Shown piece by piece: positions 10,533-20,138 of a stretch of 64,000 nt of DNA. How positions within the stretch are numbered: position 1 is the first letter of the stretch; each line of letters opens with the position of its first letter. The notes beneath the pieces were generated by a model. The model had not been told where the DNA came from, searched no databases, and saw nothing but the letters and a program-made list of their open reading frames with translations. Origin of the DNA: Gemmatimonadota bacterium (GTDB taxonomy: Bacteria; Gemmatimonadota; Gemmatimonadetes; Palauibacterales; Palauibacteraceae); the NCBI GenBank assembly GCA_963666735.1, contig OY762926.1, positions 3,520,001 through 3,584,000 on the forward strand, read 5' to 3'. The position numbers and the translations under genes were made by a program.

Positions 10533-11540
10533 TTGGGCGTGGAAAAAGAAACAGTCGACATTACCATCATCGGGGGCGGCCCAACCGGTCTCTACGGACT
10601 CTTCTATGCCGGCATGCGCGGCGTGTCCGCCCGTGTCATCGATGCGCTCCCTGAGCTCGGCGGCCAGCTCACCGCTCTCTATCCGGAGAAGGATGTCTTC
10701 GATGTCGCCGGCTTCCCCCGCGTACTCGCCAAGGACCTGGCGCGGGAACTCGTAACGCAGGGCCTGCAGTTCGACGCGGAGGTCTGCCTCGAGGAGCGCG
10801 TCCTGAAACTGAATCCCGAAGATGGCCGCTTCGACCTGTGGACCGACGGGGGGGCGCGGCCCACTCGGACCGTCGTCATCGCCGGAGGGAAGGGCGCCTT
10901 CAAGAGCCGGACGCTGGCCGTGCCGGGATGGGATGAGTTCCTGAACCGGGGACTTACGACGCAAGTGAAGGACCCCGGATCGTTCCGCGGCAAGCGCGTC
11001 CTCCTGGTCGGCGGTGGCGACTCCGCCTTCGACTGGAGTTGGGCGCTGCGGGACACCGCCGGTGAACTCACGCATATCCACCGCTCGAACCGCTACCGGG
11101 CCCACGAGAGCACGGTGGCTCAGGTCGAGGGTGCGCATGCACGGGGCGAACTGCGGCTCCGCACCTTCTACACCGTGACGGAGATCCACGGCGGCGACCG
11201 GGTCGAGGCCGCGACGATCCGGCACACGAAGACGAAGGAGACGACGCGCCTCGAAGTGGACGAGATCGTCGCCTTGATCGGGTTCGTGCCGAACATCGGG
11301 CCGATCGCCGAGTGGGGGCTCGAACTCGAGAAGAACTGCATCGTGGTGGATTCGCGCATGCGGACGAACATCCCCGGCGTCTATGCGGCGGGAGACATCG
11401 CCACCTACGACGGGAAACTGGAGTTGATCTCGACCGGTTTCGGGGAAGCCGCGATCGCCGTGAACAACGCGGTTCACCACATCGATCCGACCGCGAAGGT
11501 GAACCCCGGCCACTCAACGAGTTACAAGGTCTTCAAGTAG
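10533..11540 (+). CDS. Ferredoxin-NADP(+) reductase, TrxR-type (YumC-like)
   Basis: GGGPTG, GGQLTALYPEK, GGGDSAFDW, GVYAAGD, PGHST; no redox CxxC. Confidence 0.9.
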   Translation: MGVEKETVDITIIGGGPTGLYGLFYAGMRGVSARVIDALPELGGQLTALYPEKDVFDVAGFPRVLAKDLARELVTQGLQFDAEVCLEERVLKLNPEDGRFDLWTDGGARPTRTVVIAGGKGAFKSRTLAVPGWDEFLNRGLTTQVKDPGSFRGKRVLLVGGGDSAFDWSWALRDTAGELTHIHRSNRYRAHESTVAQVEGAHARGELRLRTFYTVTEIHGGDRVEAATIRHTKTKETTRLEVDEIVALIGFVPNIGPIAEWGLELEKNCIVVDSRMRTNIPGVYAAGDIATYDGKLELISTGFGEAAIAVNNAVHHIDPTAKVNPGHSTSYKVFK

Positions 11541-14454
11541 CCGCGGTTCGTCCGCCACCTTCGGCATCGCGCCGCCGCCCGACGAGTTCGATGAGGCGGG
11601 CGTCGGATCCCGTGAGGTTCTCCCTTGCCCAGTCCCGAACATCATCTTCGTGCGTGAACAGGATGACCTGGGTCGAGCGGGCGAGCACGGCCAGAGTCTG
11701 CAGTACCGCCTGTTTCCGTACCGCATCCGAAGCGCCGACGACATCGTCGAGGATGAGGGGACAGGTCTCGCCTTCCCGGGTGAGGTGCCGCGAGAGCGCG
11801 AACCTGAGCAGCAGGTAGACCTGCTCCGCCGTGCCGTGGGAGAGCCGTTCGGCGAACCGCCAGCGCCCCCCCGGCGTCCGCACCTGGACGAGCAGGTTCT
11901 CCGGGTCGATTCGGCATCCGGTGTAGCGGCCCTCCGTCACCCCGGGCAGCCATTCGAGCACCGTCTGCGTCAGGATGGGCGCGATGTCGCGCATGACGCG
12001 CTCCTGCGCCTCTTCGAGGAATTCGATCGTGCAGTCCAGCGTGTCCTTGAGACGCGCGATCCGCGCCCGTTCCCGTTCGGCCGCCGCCAGCGCGTCTTCC
12101 GCGTCCGCCACGCTCGGGAGGTGGTGCTCGCGTTCGGTGAGTTGGCCGCCTGCGCGCAGCACCTCCTCGCGGGCGGCCTCCGCTTCCTGCCTCAGATTTT
12201 CCAGCGTCTCCTCGCTAGGCCGTCCCGTCCGGGTCTCGACGAGGACGGCCGCGCCGACCCGGTCGACGAGCCCGTCGGCCCGGAGACGGAGTCGCTCGGC
12301 ATCGTCCGCGAACTCATCCAGTGTCCGCTCGCCCAGCAACTGTTGCAGGCGATCCCATGACTCGTTGCGCTCGCCGGCCTCCTGGAGCAGCCGCTCCCGG
12401 CCTGCGCGCCATTGCTCCAGCGCCGCCGCCAGATCCTCGGGGTCGTCGGCCGTCGCCCCAACCTGCGCGCCGGCTTCACGCAGCTTGTTCGCGGCTTCGA
12501 CGGCTCGCTCCGATCGGTGTGCGTGCCGCGTCTCCGCCGCGAGGCGCCGGGCTCTCTCGTCGCTCCACTGTCGGCGTCGCTCCGCGGTCCGCCGCTCGAG
12601 TTCGCCCAACTCGCCCGGCGCGATGCCTCGGCCCCTTGCGTCCGCGAGCGGGTCTTCGGCCGCGTCCGCCAAGAGGGCATCGGCTACGGCGCGCAGCCGA
12701 TCCGTCTCGGCGACCAGTGCGTCGAAGGATGAGCCGGCAAGCAGTCCCTGAAGCTCATCCCACTGCGAGCCCCGCCGCGCGGCCTCTTCCCTTCCGGCCA
12801 GCCGGGACTCCACCTGGCGGCGCAGCGCGTCCGCGATCGTTTCCGGTTCGGCGGCTGATTCGGCGGCCGATTCGGCGGCGGCCACCGTGTCCGCGCCGGC
12901 AAGCTCGCGCATGCGCCCGATCGCCTCATGCCGGCGCCGGAGCCCGTCTTCGTATCGATCCCGTTCCGCGCGCGCCGAGGCAAGTTCGCGCCGGAGACTG
13001 TCATGGCGTACGTCCAGGGCCAGCGCAATCTCCGAGCGGTCGGCGCGGGTTCTCGCGAATCCTTGAGACAGGATGCCTCCCGCCCCGACGGCGAACAGGA
13101 TCAGTCCCGTCGTGCGCAGATCGGGCGCCGCAAGCGCGAGGACGAGGCCTCCGATCGCCGCAACTGCCGAAACACCGAGCCACACCGCGTTTCGCCCGGG
13201 CAGAGGTTCCACGGGCGGCGCCCGCCGCCTCTTCTCGAGCGCCGCGAGTTCTTCCTCGAGTGCCTCCACACTCCGGCCGGCCGGCGCTTCAACCTCGGGA
13301 AGCGATTCCCAGACGCGGAGTGCGTCGCGGACCTCCGCAAGACGCGCGTCCTCTTCGGGGGCAACCCGGGGGCTGCCTTCCGGGAAGAGCGCCCGCAGCT
13401 CACGTGCATTCGCGAGGCGAGTTCCGGCTTCCACGGCCGCCGCCTCCGCGACAACCGCGCGCGTGGCCGCAAGCTCCGCATCGGCGCTCTCGATCCTCTC
13501 CTCGATCTCGCGCGCCGAGGGCCCCGTCAGTTCCACTGGAGCGGGGAGATTTCGCCAAGTCGTGAGCGCTTCGGTGACCGTTCGCGTGAGCCCGCCGCCC
13601 TCGGGGACCGGGTGAGGCGCCCCCTCCGGGAACTCCTCGTGCAGGGCCCGCGCCTCCCGCAGCCGCTCCGCGAGCGCTTCCGCCTCCACGCTCGCGAGCG
13701 CGGCCTCCACCGCCTCCGCGCGGCGCCGGGTTTCCCGCGCGGCCCGCTCCAGCGTTTCGATCTCGGCGCGACGCTCCTGAAAGTCCCGGTGCGCCTCTCG
13801 GGCCGCCTCCAGCGCCTCGCGCGCCTCCGCCACCCGTCGCGCGGTCGTCATGAGCGGCTTCGTCGGAGCCCGGGTCGATCCGACACGTTCCCGGAGAACC
13901 TCCTCGAGCCGTTGGAGCGCGGCCGCCGCCGTCTGGTCCACGCCCGCCGTCGCCGCCGCGCGCTGCATGTCCTCCTGCAGCGACTCGGGATGATCACGGA
14001 CCCTGAGGATGTCCGCCTGGCGCACGCAGGCCGTGGCGAGAAACGAGCGCCGGTTCAGGCCCAGCCAGCGCGAGCCGTCCGGCGCTCCGTCGAACAGGAT
14101 CTCGTGCGAATAGTCCCGTCCCGCCACGCTCGTGTCCTCCGCCGAACTCTCGATCCTTCCCGCCAGGTCGTGCCTCAACTCCACGCACCGTCCGTCCTCG
14201 AGCGCGACGACCGCGCCGATCTCCCACTCGTCACCATCCCACGGCTTGTGGCGCGCCGCGAACGCCTTCTCCTCCTTCCGCATCGCCCCCTTGCCGCGCC
14301 GCATGCCGCAGAGCCCGGCGTACAGCGCCGCGTGCCAGGACGATTTCCCTGCCTCGTTACGGCCGAAGACGACGTTCATTCCCGGCGCCAGTTCCAGCGT
14401 CTCATCCCGGAAGGGGCCGAAACGATGGGCCGTCACGGACTCGAAGCGCATCAC
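11533..14454 (-). CDS. Rad50/SbcC-like (YhaN-type) coiled-coil ATPase with central TM hairpin
   Basis: Walker A GRNEAGKS, long coiled coil, signature LSHGT, Walker B PLILDD, FTH. Confidence 0.85.
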   Translation of the reverse strand: MMRFESVTAHRFGPFRDETLELAPGMNVVFGRNEAGKSSWHAALYAGLCGMRRGKGAMRKEEKAFAARHKPWDGDEWEIGAVVALEDGRCVELRHDLAGRIESSAEDTSVAGRDYSHEILFDGAPDGSRWLGLNRRSFLATACVRQADILRVRDHPESLQEDMQRAAATAGVDQTAAAALQRLEEVLRERVGSTRAPTKPLMTTARRVAEAREALEAAREAHRDFQERRAEIETLERAARETRRRAEAVEAALASVEAEALAERLREARALHEEFPEGAPHPVPEGGGLTRTVTEALTTWRNLPAPVELTGPSAREIEERIESADAELAATRAVVAEAAAVEAGTRLANARELRALFPEGSPRVAPEEDARLAEVRDALRVWESLPEVEAPAGRSVEALEEELAALEKRRRAPPVEPLPGRNAVWLGVSAVAAIGGLVLALAAPDLRTTGLILFAVGAGGILSQGFARTRADRSEIALALDVRHDSLRRELASARAERDRYEDGLRRRHEAIGRMRELAGADTVAAAESAAESAAEPETIADALRRQVESRLAGREEAARRGSQWDELQGLLAGSSFDALVAETDRLRAVADALLADAAEDPLADARGRGIAPGELGELERRTAERRRQWSDERARRLAAETRHAHRSERAVEAANKLREAGAQVGATADDPEDLAAALEQWRAGRERLLQEAGERNESWDRLQQLLGERTLDEFADDAERLRLRADGLVDRVGAAVLVETRTGRPSEETLENLRQEAEAAREEVLRAGGQLTEREHHLPSVADAEDALAAAERERARIARLKDTLDCTIEFLEEAQERVMRDIAPILTQTVLEWLPGVTEGRYTGCRIDPENLLVQVRTPGGRWRFAERLSHGTAEQVYLLLRFALSRHLTREGETCPLILDDVVGASDAVRKQAVLQTLAVLARSTQVILFTHEDDVRDWARENLTGSDARLIELVGRRRDAEGGGRTAAT

Positions 14455-15566
14455 AGCACCTCGAGATCGTCGCGGCCGTCGAGCGCCCGGAGCCCCATCC
14501 TCAGGACGCGGCGCTTTTCATCGTCCGACAGCTCCGCGCCCAACACATCCTCGACGAACTGTCCCCGCACCGTGGGCTCCTGACGGACTTCCTCGAAGTC
14601 GTACGCCGGGTGCAATTCCGATTTCCGGATCTGCACGGCGTCGAACGTCTCGATCAACTGTTCGCGGATCGTGTCCTCCTGGAGGTCGAGCGACGGCTCC
14701 AGGTCGCCGCACACCGTCAGGCGCGCGAGTCCCGCGAGGCTCTCCGCCTTCGCGCGCAGCGCGTCGCGAATCTGCTGGCGACTCGTGAGACCCGTGACAT
14801 CGAGCCGCAGGTCGTGAACCGGCGTGACGGCCACCACCCGCCGCTCGCGCGTGACCTCACCCTCCGCGTCGACCGTCGCCACCACGGGCCCGCGCTCCCC
14901 TTCCTCTCCGAACTGGAGAGGGTCGGGGTTGCCCGGATAGGTGTGATGCGCGCCGTCCGCCGGCCGGTGATAGTGGCCGAGGAACGCGTGGTGCAGCCCG
15001 CTGTCCGGGATTTCAGCCGTCTCGAAGGGGGCGTGCGGCGCCTTCCCTTCGCCCTGCGCCGCGAGCCACGACCGTTCCGCCCCGTGAAACAGCGCCACGT
15101 GGGCCCCCGCCCCGGAGACCCTGAAGCCGTCGCCGAGGAAGTTGTCCGTGTTGGCGGGAGCGCAGTGCGCGGCTCCCCACAGCGTGATGCCGGGCGCGAG
15201 GGAGACCGCCCGCAGCGCCGCATCCCGAAAGATGTGGACGTTCTCGCTCCATCCGCCTGTCGCGTAGACGCTCGTCGGCCCATACCAGTCGTGATTGCCG
15301 GGCGCGATGTAGACCGGCACCGGGTCGAGGGAGGCGAAGGTCTGCCGCAGAAAGTTCGCCGTGTCCAGCGTGACGCGATCGTGCTCGTACAGATCGCCTC
15401 CGCAGAAGAGCGCGTCTGCGCCGGTCGAGCGGACGAGTTCGACGATCACGAGCAGGGTGTCGCGAAGCGCCTCGCGCCGCCGCCGCGCCACGTCGCCCGT
15501 CGCCTCGCACCACGCGAAGGGGGAGTCGAGATGGAGGTCGGCAAAGTGGACGATCGTCCGTTTCAC
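14451..15566 (-). CDS. Mre11/SbcD-like (YhaO-type) metallophosphoesterase nuclease
   Basis: ADLHLD, GGDLYE, PGNHD, LFHG, LGHYH; ATGA overlap with the ATPase gene. Confidence 0.9.
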   Translation of the reverse strand: MKRTIVHFADLHLDSPFAWCEATGDVARRRREALRDTLLVIVELVRSTGADALFCGGDLYEHDRVTLDTANFLRQTFASLDPVPVYIAPGNHDWYGPTSVYATGGWSENVHIFRDAALRAVSLAPGITLWGAAHCAPANTDNFLGDGFRVSGAGAHVALFHGAERSWLAAQGEGKAPHAPFETAEIPDSGLHHAFLGHYHRPADGAHHTYPGNPDPLQFGEEGERGPVVATVDAEGEVTRERRVVAVTPVHDLRLDVTGLTSRQQIRDALRAKAESLAGLARLTVCGDLEPSLDLQEDTIREQLIETFDAVQIRKSELHPAYDFEEVRQEPTVRGQFVEDVLGAELSDDEKRRVLRMGLRALDGRDDLEVL

Positions 15567-15568
15567 AG

Positions 15569-16729
15569 TCAGCTGAGGAACGCCTCGATTCGGCCCCAGT
15601 TCGCCTCCGCGTCGGAGGCTCCCAGTTTCACGAGCGCCTGGATGTACTCGTTCTCGAACAGGAGGTAGCTCAGGAAGTCGGCCGTCTTGATGTCCGGCGT
15701 TCCCAGGCCTCGCACGAGAAACCTGAGCGCCGGAGGAAGTTCGATCTCGAAGTCGCGCGCCAGTTTTCCGATATCCCGGGAGGGTCGGAGGATGAGCAGG
15801 TCGACGTGGCGCAGACCCTGGCTCTCGGACACCTCGGGGGGGAGTCGGTCGACGAGGAGGTTGATCCTGCGCAGCGCCGCCGCGTCCCAGTCGAGCGTGT
15901 CGAGAAAGACCGAGTTCAGCAGCAGGCCCAGCACTCTCGCCGGCGGCGGATAGCCGGTCGTGTCCGGGGCCCGCGCCTCGAGTTCGGAGCGCCGGTAGCG
16001 GGCCGAGATCGTGAAGATGCGGTCCGCCCCCATGTGGATCGCCGGCGCCAGCGGCGCGGCGGTGCGGAAGCTCCCGTCTCCGTAGTACTGCTGCCCGAGC
16101 TTGACGGCCGGGAACACGAGCGGAATCGACGCGGAGGCCAGGATGTGGTCCACCGAAATGTCCGTCCGCACGAGTCGGTAGTGGGCGCTCGCCGGCCGGG
16201 GCGTCGACTGCGGTTCTCCCTGTACGAAGAGGACCGTGCGTCCCGTCTGGTACGACATCGCGGTGAGACCCACCGCTTCGAGCTTGCCCGCCCTGATCCG
16301 GGCGTCGATCTCCCCGCGGTCGACGTCGCGCTCGATGAATTCCCTAAGCGGCGACGTGTCGACGAGGCTCTGGAAACGGGGACTCAGCCCGGTCCCGCCG
16401 CCCAGAAGAGATCCCCCCAGCCGCAGGCCCACCTTGAGCAGGGAAGCGGGGTTCGTGCGCAGCACTTCCTCGGTCGTGAGCGAGAGCCAGCGGCGCTTCA
16501 GAGCCTGCGTCGCGGCGCGCAGATTGCCGTCGTAGGCGGCGAGAAAACCCACGTTGATCGCGCCGGCGGAGACGCCGGTGAGGAGGGGGACGCGCAGCGC
16601 GGGCAGCCGTCTGCCGACATAGCTCAGCACGCCGGTCTGGTAGGCGGCCCTCGCGCCGCCACCCGAGAGGGCGAAGGCCAGCTTCCCCCGCGCGGCGCCG
16701 GAAGCGCCACTCCCAGGGGCTCCCGTCAC
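15569..16729 (-). CDS. Patatin-like phospholipase
   Basis: LSGGGARAAYQ, GVSAG nucleophile, ASASIP, GDGS; start placed at GTG 16729. Confidence 0.9.
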   Translation of the reverse strand: MTGAPGSGASGAARGKLAFALSGGGARAAYQTGVLSYVGRRLPALRVPLLTGVSAGAINVGFLAAYDGNLRAATQALKRRWLSLTTEEVLRTNPASLLKVGLRLGGSLLGGGTGLSPRFQSLVDTSPLREFIERDVDRGEIDARIRAGKLEAVGLTAMSYQTGRTVLFVQGEPQSTPRPASAHYRLVRTDISVDHILASASIPLVFPAVKLGQQYYGDGSFRTAAPLAPAIHMGADRIFTISARYRRSELEARAPDTTGYPPPARVLGLLLNSVFLDTLDWDAAALRRINLLVDRLPPEVSESQGLRHVDLLILRPSRDIGKLARDFEIELPPALRFLVRGLGTPDIKTADFLSYLLFENEYIQALVKLGASDAEANWGRIEAFLS

Positions 16730-16742
16730 GCCGGTCCCCGCG

Positions 16743-17252
16743 TCAGGACCGTCCGCCGGGGCGGCCCAGGAGTTGCCGGTGCCACGAACGGGCGGCCGGC
16801 CGCTCGAGTTCACCCGCCCGCAGCGCCGCCAACGTGTCGATCGTCGGATCGAAGACGGGGGTCGTGTCGTCGATCGCTCCCGTCTTCGCCCGCGCCCGGA
16901 ACTCTGTGCGCGCGCAACTTTCGATCGCGCCGGAAGCGTTCCGGTAGAAGACGCGCGTGCTGTCGAGAAAGGAGCAATCCAGGCGGGCCTCGAGCGCGCC
17001 GATCCGTCGGGACATCGCGTCGATCGAGCACCCCGAAGCGGGCGCCGACGCCTCGTCCACGGCGACGACCGCGAACCGGTCTTCAACCCATTCCACGCCC
17101 GCCCTGAGCGCGGCCCCGTGCGCGGTCCACACGTCGACGAATGCGCGCAGGTCGCCCATCAGCGCCTCGCGCTCCGCCGGGGCCAGCGGACGGTCCGCCC
17201 CGAAGATCCAGACGCGGGCGGAATCGGGGAGCGATGTCAGCGGAACACTCAT
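16743..17252 (-). CDS. Conserved hypothetical protein
   Basis: LPDSARVWIFGADRPL, WTAHG, ASGCSID motifs of a recurrent uncharacterised family. Confidence 0.75.
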   Translation of the reverse strand: MSVPLTSLPDSARVWIFGADRPLAPAEREALMGDLRAFVDVWTAHGAALRAGVEWVEDRFAVVAVDEASAPASGCSIDAMSRRIGALEARLDCSFLDSTRVFYRNASGAIESCARTEFRARAKTGAIDDTTPVFDPTIDTLAALRAGELERPAARSWHRQLLGRPGGRS

Positions 17253-17315
17253 GCCGGGACCATACGTCGGCCCGCGACCTCCCGCCAACCCGGCCGGGTG
17301 TCCGCTATGTGTCCG

Positions 17316-18527
17316 CTATTCGTACCGAAGCGCCACGATCGGATCGAGCCGGGCCGCGCGCCGGGCGGGCCAGAGGCCGAAGAACACGCCCACCGCGGCG
17401 GCGAACACCACGGCGAGGCCGATGGCCTCCGGCGCGATGGCCATCGTCCAGCCAGCCGACCGCGAGAGCATCTCCGCCGCGCCGTACGCGAACGCGACCC
17501 CGAGGACGCCGCCCGTCATGCAGAGCGTCGTGGCTTCGAGGAGAAACTGGAGCAGCACCGCGTTTCGCGTGGCGCCGAGCGCCTTTCGCACGCCGATCTC
17601 CTTCGTTCGCTCCGTGACGGACACCAGCATGATGTTCATGATCCCGATGCCGCCGACGAGAAGGCTCACCGCGGCGATCCCGGCGAGCAGCATCGTGAAC
17701 GTCTGCGTCGTCTCCTGCTGCATCTCGAGGAACTGCACGCTGTCCGAGATCCAGAAGTCGTTCTCCCGTCCCAGCGGGAGACGGTGCTCGCGGCGCAGGA
17801 TGTCCTCGATCTGCACCATCGCGACCGGGATCGCCGCCTCGCTCTCGACGACGACCTTGAACTGGTTGACCCGGTCGGTCCCGAGCAATCGGAACTGCGC
17901 CGTCTCCAGCGGAACGAGGATCTGCTCATCCTGGTTGAACCAGCCCGACCCGCCCTTTTCGTCCAGCACGCCCACGACCTCGAAGGAGATGTTCCGGATC
18001 GAGATCGTCCGGCCGACGAGTTCGGCGGCGTCGGTGTTCAGGACCGCCGGCACCGCGCCTCCGAGCACGGCGACCCGTCGCCGGCCGCGATTCTCCGACT
18101 CATCGAAGAAGCGTCCGAGTTGCACCGTGTGGTTTTCGACCTCCGCGTAGTTCGGCGTCGTACCGAGAATCCGCACGCTCGCGTTGTTGCGCCCGACCTG
18201 CACCTGCAACTGCCCCTGCATCTCCGGGGCCACCTCCACCAGCGCGGGGGCCCCCTGCGTCACCGCCTCGACATCTTCGGTCGTCAACCGGGCGTTCGAT
18301 CCGCCCCGGACGCCTCGGAACATCCCCTGCCCTGGGCGAACCGTGAGCACGTTGGTTCCGAGCGACTCGATCTGGTTCTCGACCTGCTGCTGGGCGCCCT
18401 CTCCCAGAGCCACCATCGTGATGACGGCACCGACCCCGATCACGATCCCGAGCATGGTCAGGAACGAGCGCAGCTTGTTGGCGCGGATCGCATCCATCGC
18501 GACCCGGAGAATCTCGAAAAAGATCAT
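17316..18527 (-). CDS. MacB-type ABC transporter permease (no ATPase domain)
   Basis: NKLRSFLTMLGIVIGV, GGIGIMNIMLVSVTERTKEIGVRKALGA, DPIVALRYE. Confidence 0.95.
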   Translation of the reverse strand: MIFFEILRVAMDAIRANKLRSFLTMLGIVIGVGAVITMVALGEGAQQQVENQIESLGTNVLTVRPGQGMFRGVRGGSNARLTTEDVEAVTQGAPALVEVAPEMQGQLQVQVGRNNASVRILGTTPNYAEVENHTVQLGRFFDESENRGRRRVAVLGGAVPAVLNTDAAELVGRTISIRNISFEVVGVLDEKGGSGWFNQDEQILVPLETAQFRLLGTDRVNQFKVVVESEAAIPVAMVQIEDILRREHRLPLGRENDFWISDSVQFLEMQQETTQTFTMLLAGIAAVSLLVGGIGIMNIMLVSVTERTKEIGVRKALGATRNAVLLQFLLEATTLCMTGGVLGVAFAYGAAEMLSRSAGWTMAIAPEAIGLAVVFAAAVGVFFGLWPARRAARLDPIVALRYE

Positions 18528-18534
18528 CGCGGCA

Positions 18535-20010
18535 TCATCGCCTTCCTCCGACGCCCGGCAGCCCCGTCCGGCTGCGGATTCGGTCCAGGAACTCCTGCTG
18601 CGCGATGAGCGAGGTGGGAACGGCGACGATCTCCTCGCCTTCCTCGAGCCCGCGGACGATATGCGTGTGGTCGAAGTCGCTGAGGCCGATCATGACCGGC
18701 TTCAGGTCGAGCAGTCCGTTCGCATCGTACCTGAACACGAACGCCGGCTGGGGCTCGTCGGGCCGCCGCGCGGGTCCGCCCCGGCCGCCTCCCGGTCCAC
18801 CGGCTCCCTGGTTTCGGAACTGCTGCATCATCTGCCGGCGCTCGTCGTCGGAGAGGTTCTGGATGACGCGCATGCGCTCCTCCTGCGACATCGACTGGAA
18901 TTCCGACATCGGAACTCCGCCGATCATCTGCTCTTCCTCCCCCTCCCCCGCGTCCGCCTCTCCCTCGCCCTCCCCGGGCTGCCCCTGGCTCTGGAAGTCG
19001 CGCAGCAGCGCGTTGACATCGGCGTCGATCTCGAGCGCCCGGACGATCTGGACGGCCTCCTGCTGGGACTTGATCCCGCTGTTCGCCACCGCCAGCACGT
19101 CCTCCTGCCGCCCGATCACGACTTCGACGTCCGCGTTCATCCCCGGCCGCATCAGGTCTTCCTCGTTGGAGATGCGCGTGAGCACGGCGAACATGGTCAC
19201 GTTCTGCTCGACGACCGCCTGCGGTTCGATCTTGAGGACGGACCCCCGGAAGGTCCGGCTGGGATAGGCCTCCACGGTGATGTCGGCCGGCAGTCCCGGC
19301 TCGAGCCGGCCGATGTCCGTCTCGTCGACGAGCATGCGCACCTGGACCTCGGTGAGATCCGCCATCCGCATCAACACGGTGCCGCCCGTGAGGTCGCGCG
19401 TCCCCGTGACGACCTGCCCCTGCTCCACCGTCCGTTCCACGACGGTTCCGGTGATCGGGGCACGGAGCGTCACGTCGTCCAGCTTGTCCTCGGCGAGTTC
19501 GAGGTTGGTCGTGGCGCGGACCAGCGAAGCCCTCGCGTTCGCCGAGGAGAGGATCGCGCTCTCCAGTTCCTCCGAGGTCACGATGTCGGATTCGTGGAGC
19601 GCCTGGATCCGTTCGAGCTGGCGTTCCGCGACATCGGCCTGGGCCTCGGCCACGTCCAGATCGGCCTGCGCCTGGGCGTACGCGTTGTTGACGTCGCGCG
19701 GGTCGATCCGCACGAGGAGCGTGCCCTGCTCGACGTTATCCCCGAGTTCGACGGGCAGATCGAGGACCTCGCCGCCCGCCTGCGACTTCACCTCGATCAC
19801 GCGGATGGGCTCGACCGTCCCCGTCGCCTCGACGCTGGAGACGATGGTCTGCCGCCCGGCGGTCAGGGTCTGGAGCGTCTGCTCGGGTTCGTTGGCCTCG
19901 CCGGTCGCACAGCCTGCAGCGGCAAGTCCCAGCGCCGTGAAGACCGTGGCGCGGCCCGGGGGGCCGCCTCGGAGGGGGAAGCGACGCCTGCAGCGTTCGA
20001 ATATGAACAT
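18535..20010 (-). CDS. Efflux periplasmic adaptor subunit (MacA-like)
   Basis: ATGTVEP..IEVKSQAGG, LRAPITGTV, VDETDIG, RPGMNADV; start uncertain. Confidence 0.9.
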   Translation of the reverse strand: MFIFERCRRRFPLRGGPPGRATVFTALGLAAAGCATGEANEPEQTLQTLTAGRQTIVSSVEATGTVEPIRVIEVKSQAGGEVLDLPVELGDNVEQGTLLVRIDPRDVNNAYAQAQADLDVAEAQADVAERQLERIQALHESDIVTSEELESAILSSANARASLVRATTNLELAEDKLDDVTLRAPITGTVVERTVEQGQVVTGTRDLTGGTVLMRMADLTEVQVRMLVDETDIGRLEPGLPADITVEAYPSRTFRGSVLKIEPQAVVEQNVTMFAVLTRISNEEDLMRPGMNADVEVVIGRQEDVLAVANSGIKSQQEAVQIVRALEIDADVNALLRDFQSQGQPGEGEGEADAGEGEEEQMIGGVPMSEFQSMSQEERMRVIQNLSDDERRQMMQQFRNQGAGGPGGGRGGPARRPDEPQPAFVFRYDANGLLDLKPVMIGLSDFDHTHIVRGLEEGEEIVAVPTSLIAQQEFLDRIRSRTGLPGVGGRR

Positions 20011-20138
20011 CGGAATCTCGTCTCGTGTCGGGTCCGTGACCGGGCTATCGGCGCGGCGAAACCGCGCCGCCATAGCACGGTGAGAGGACACCCCGCGCGG
20101 GTCCGACGTTGAAGAGACACGCCATGCGGCGCGCGCCG

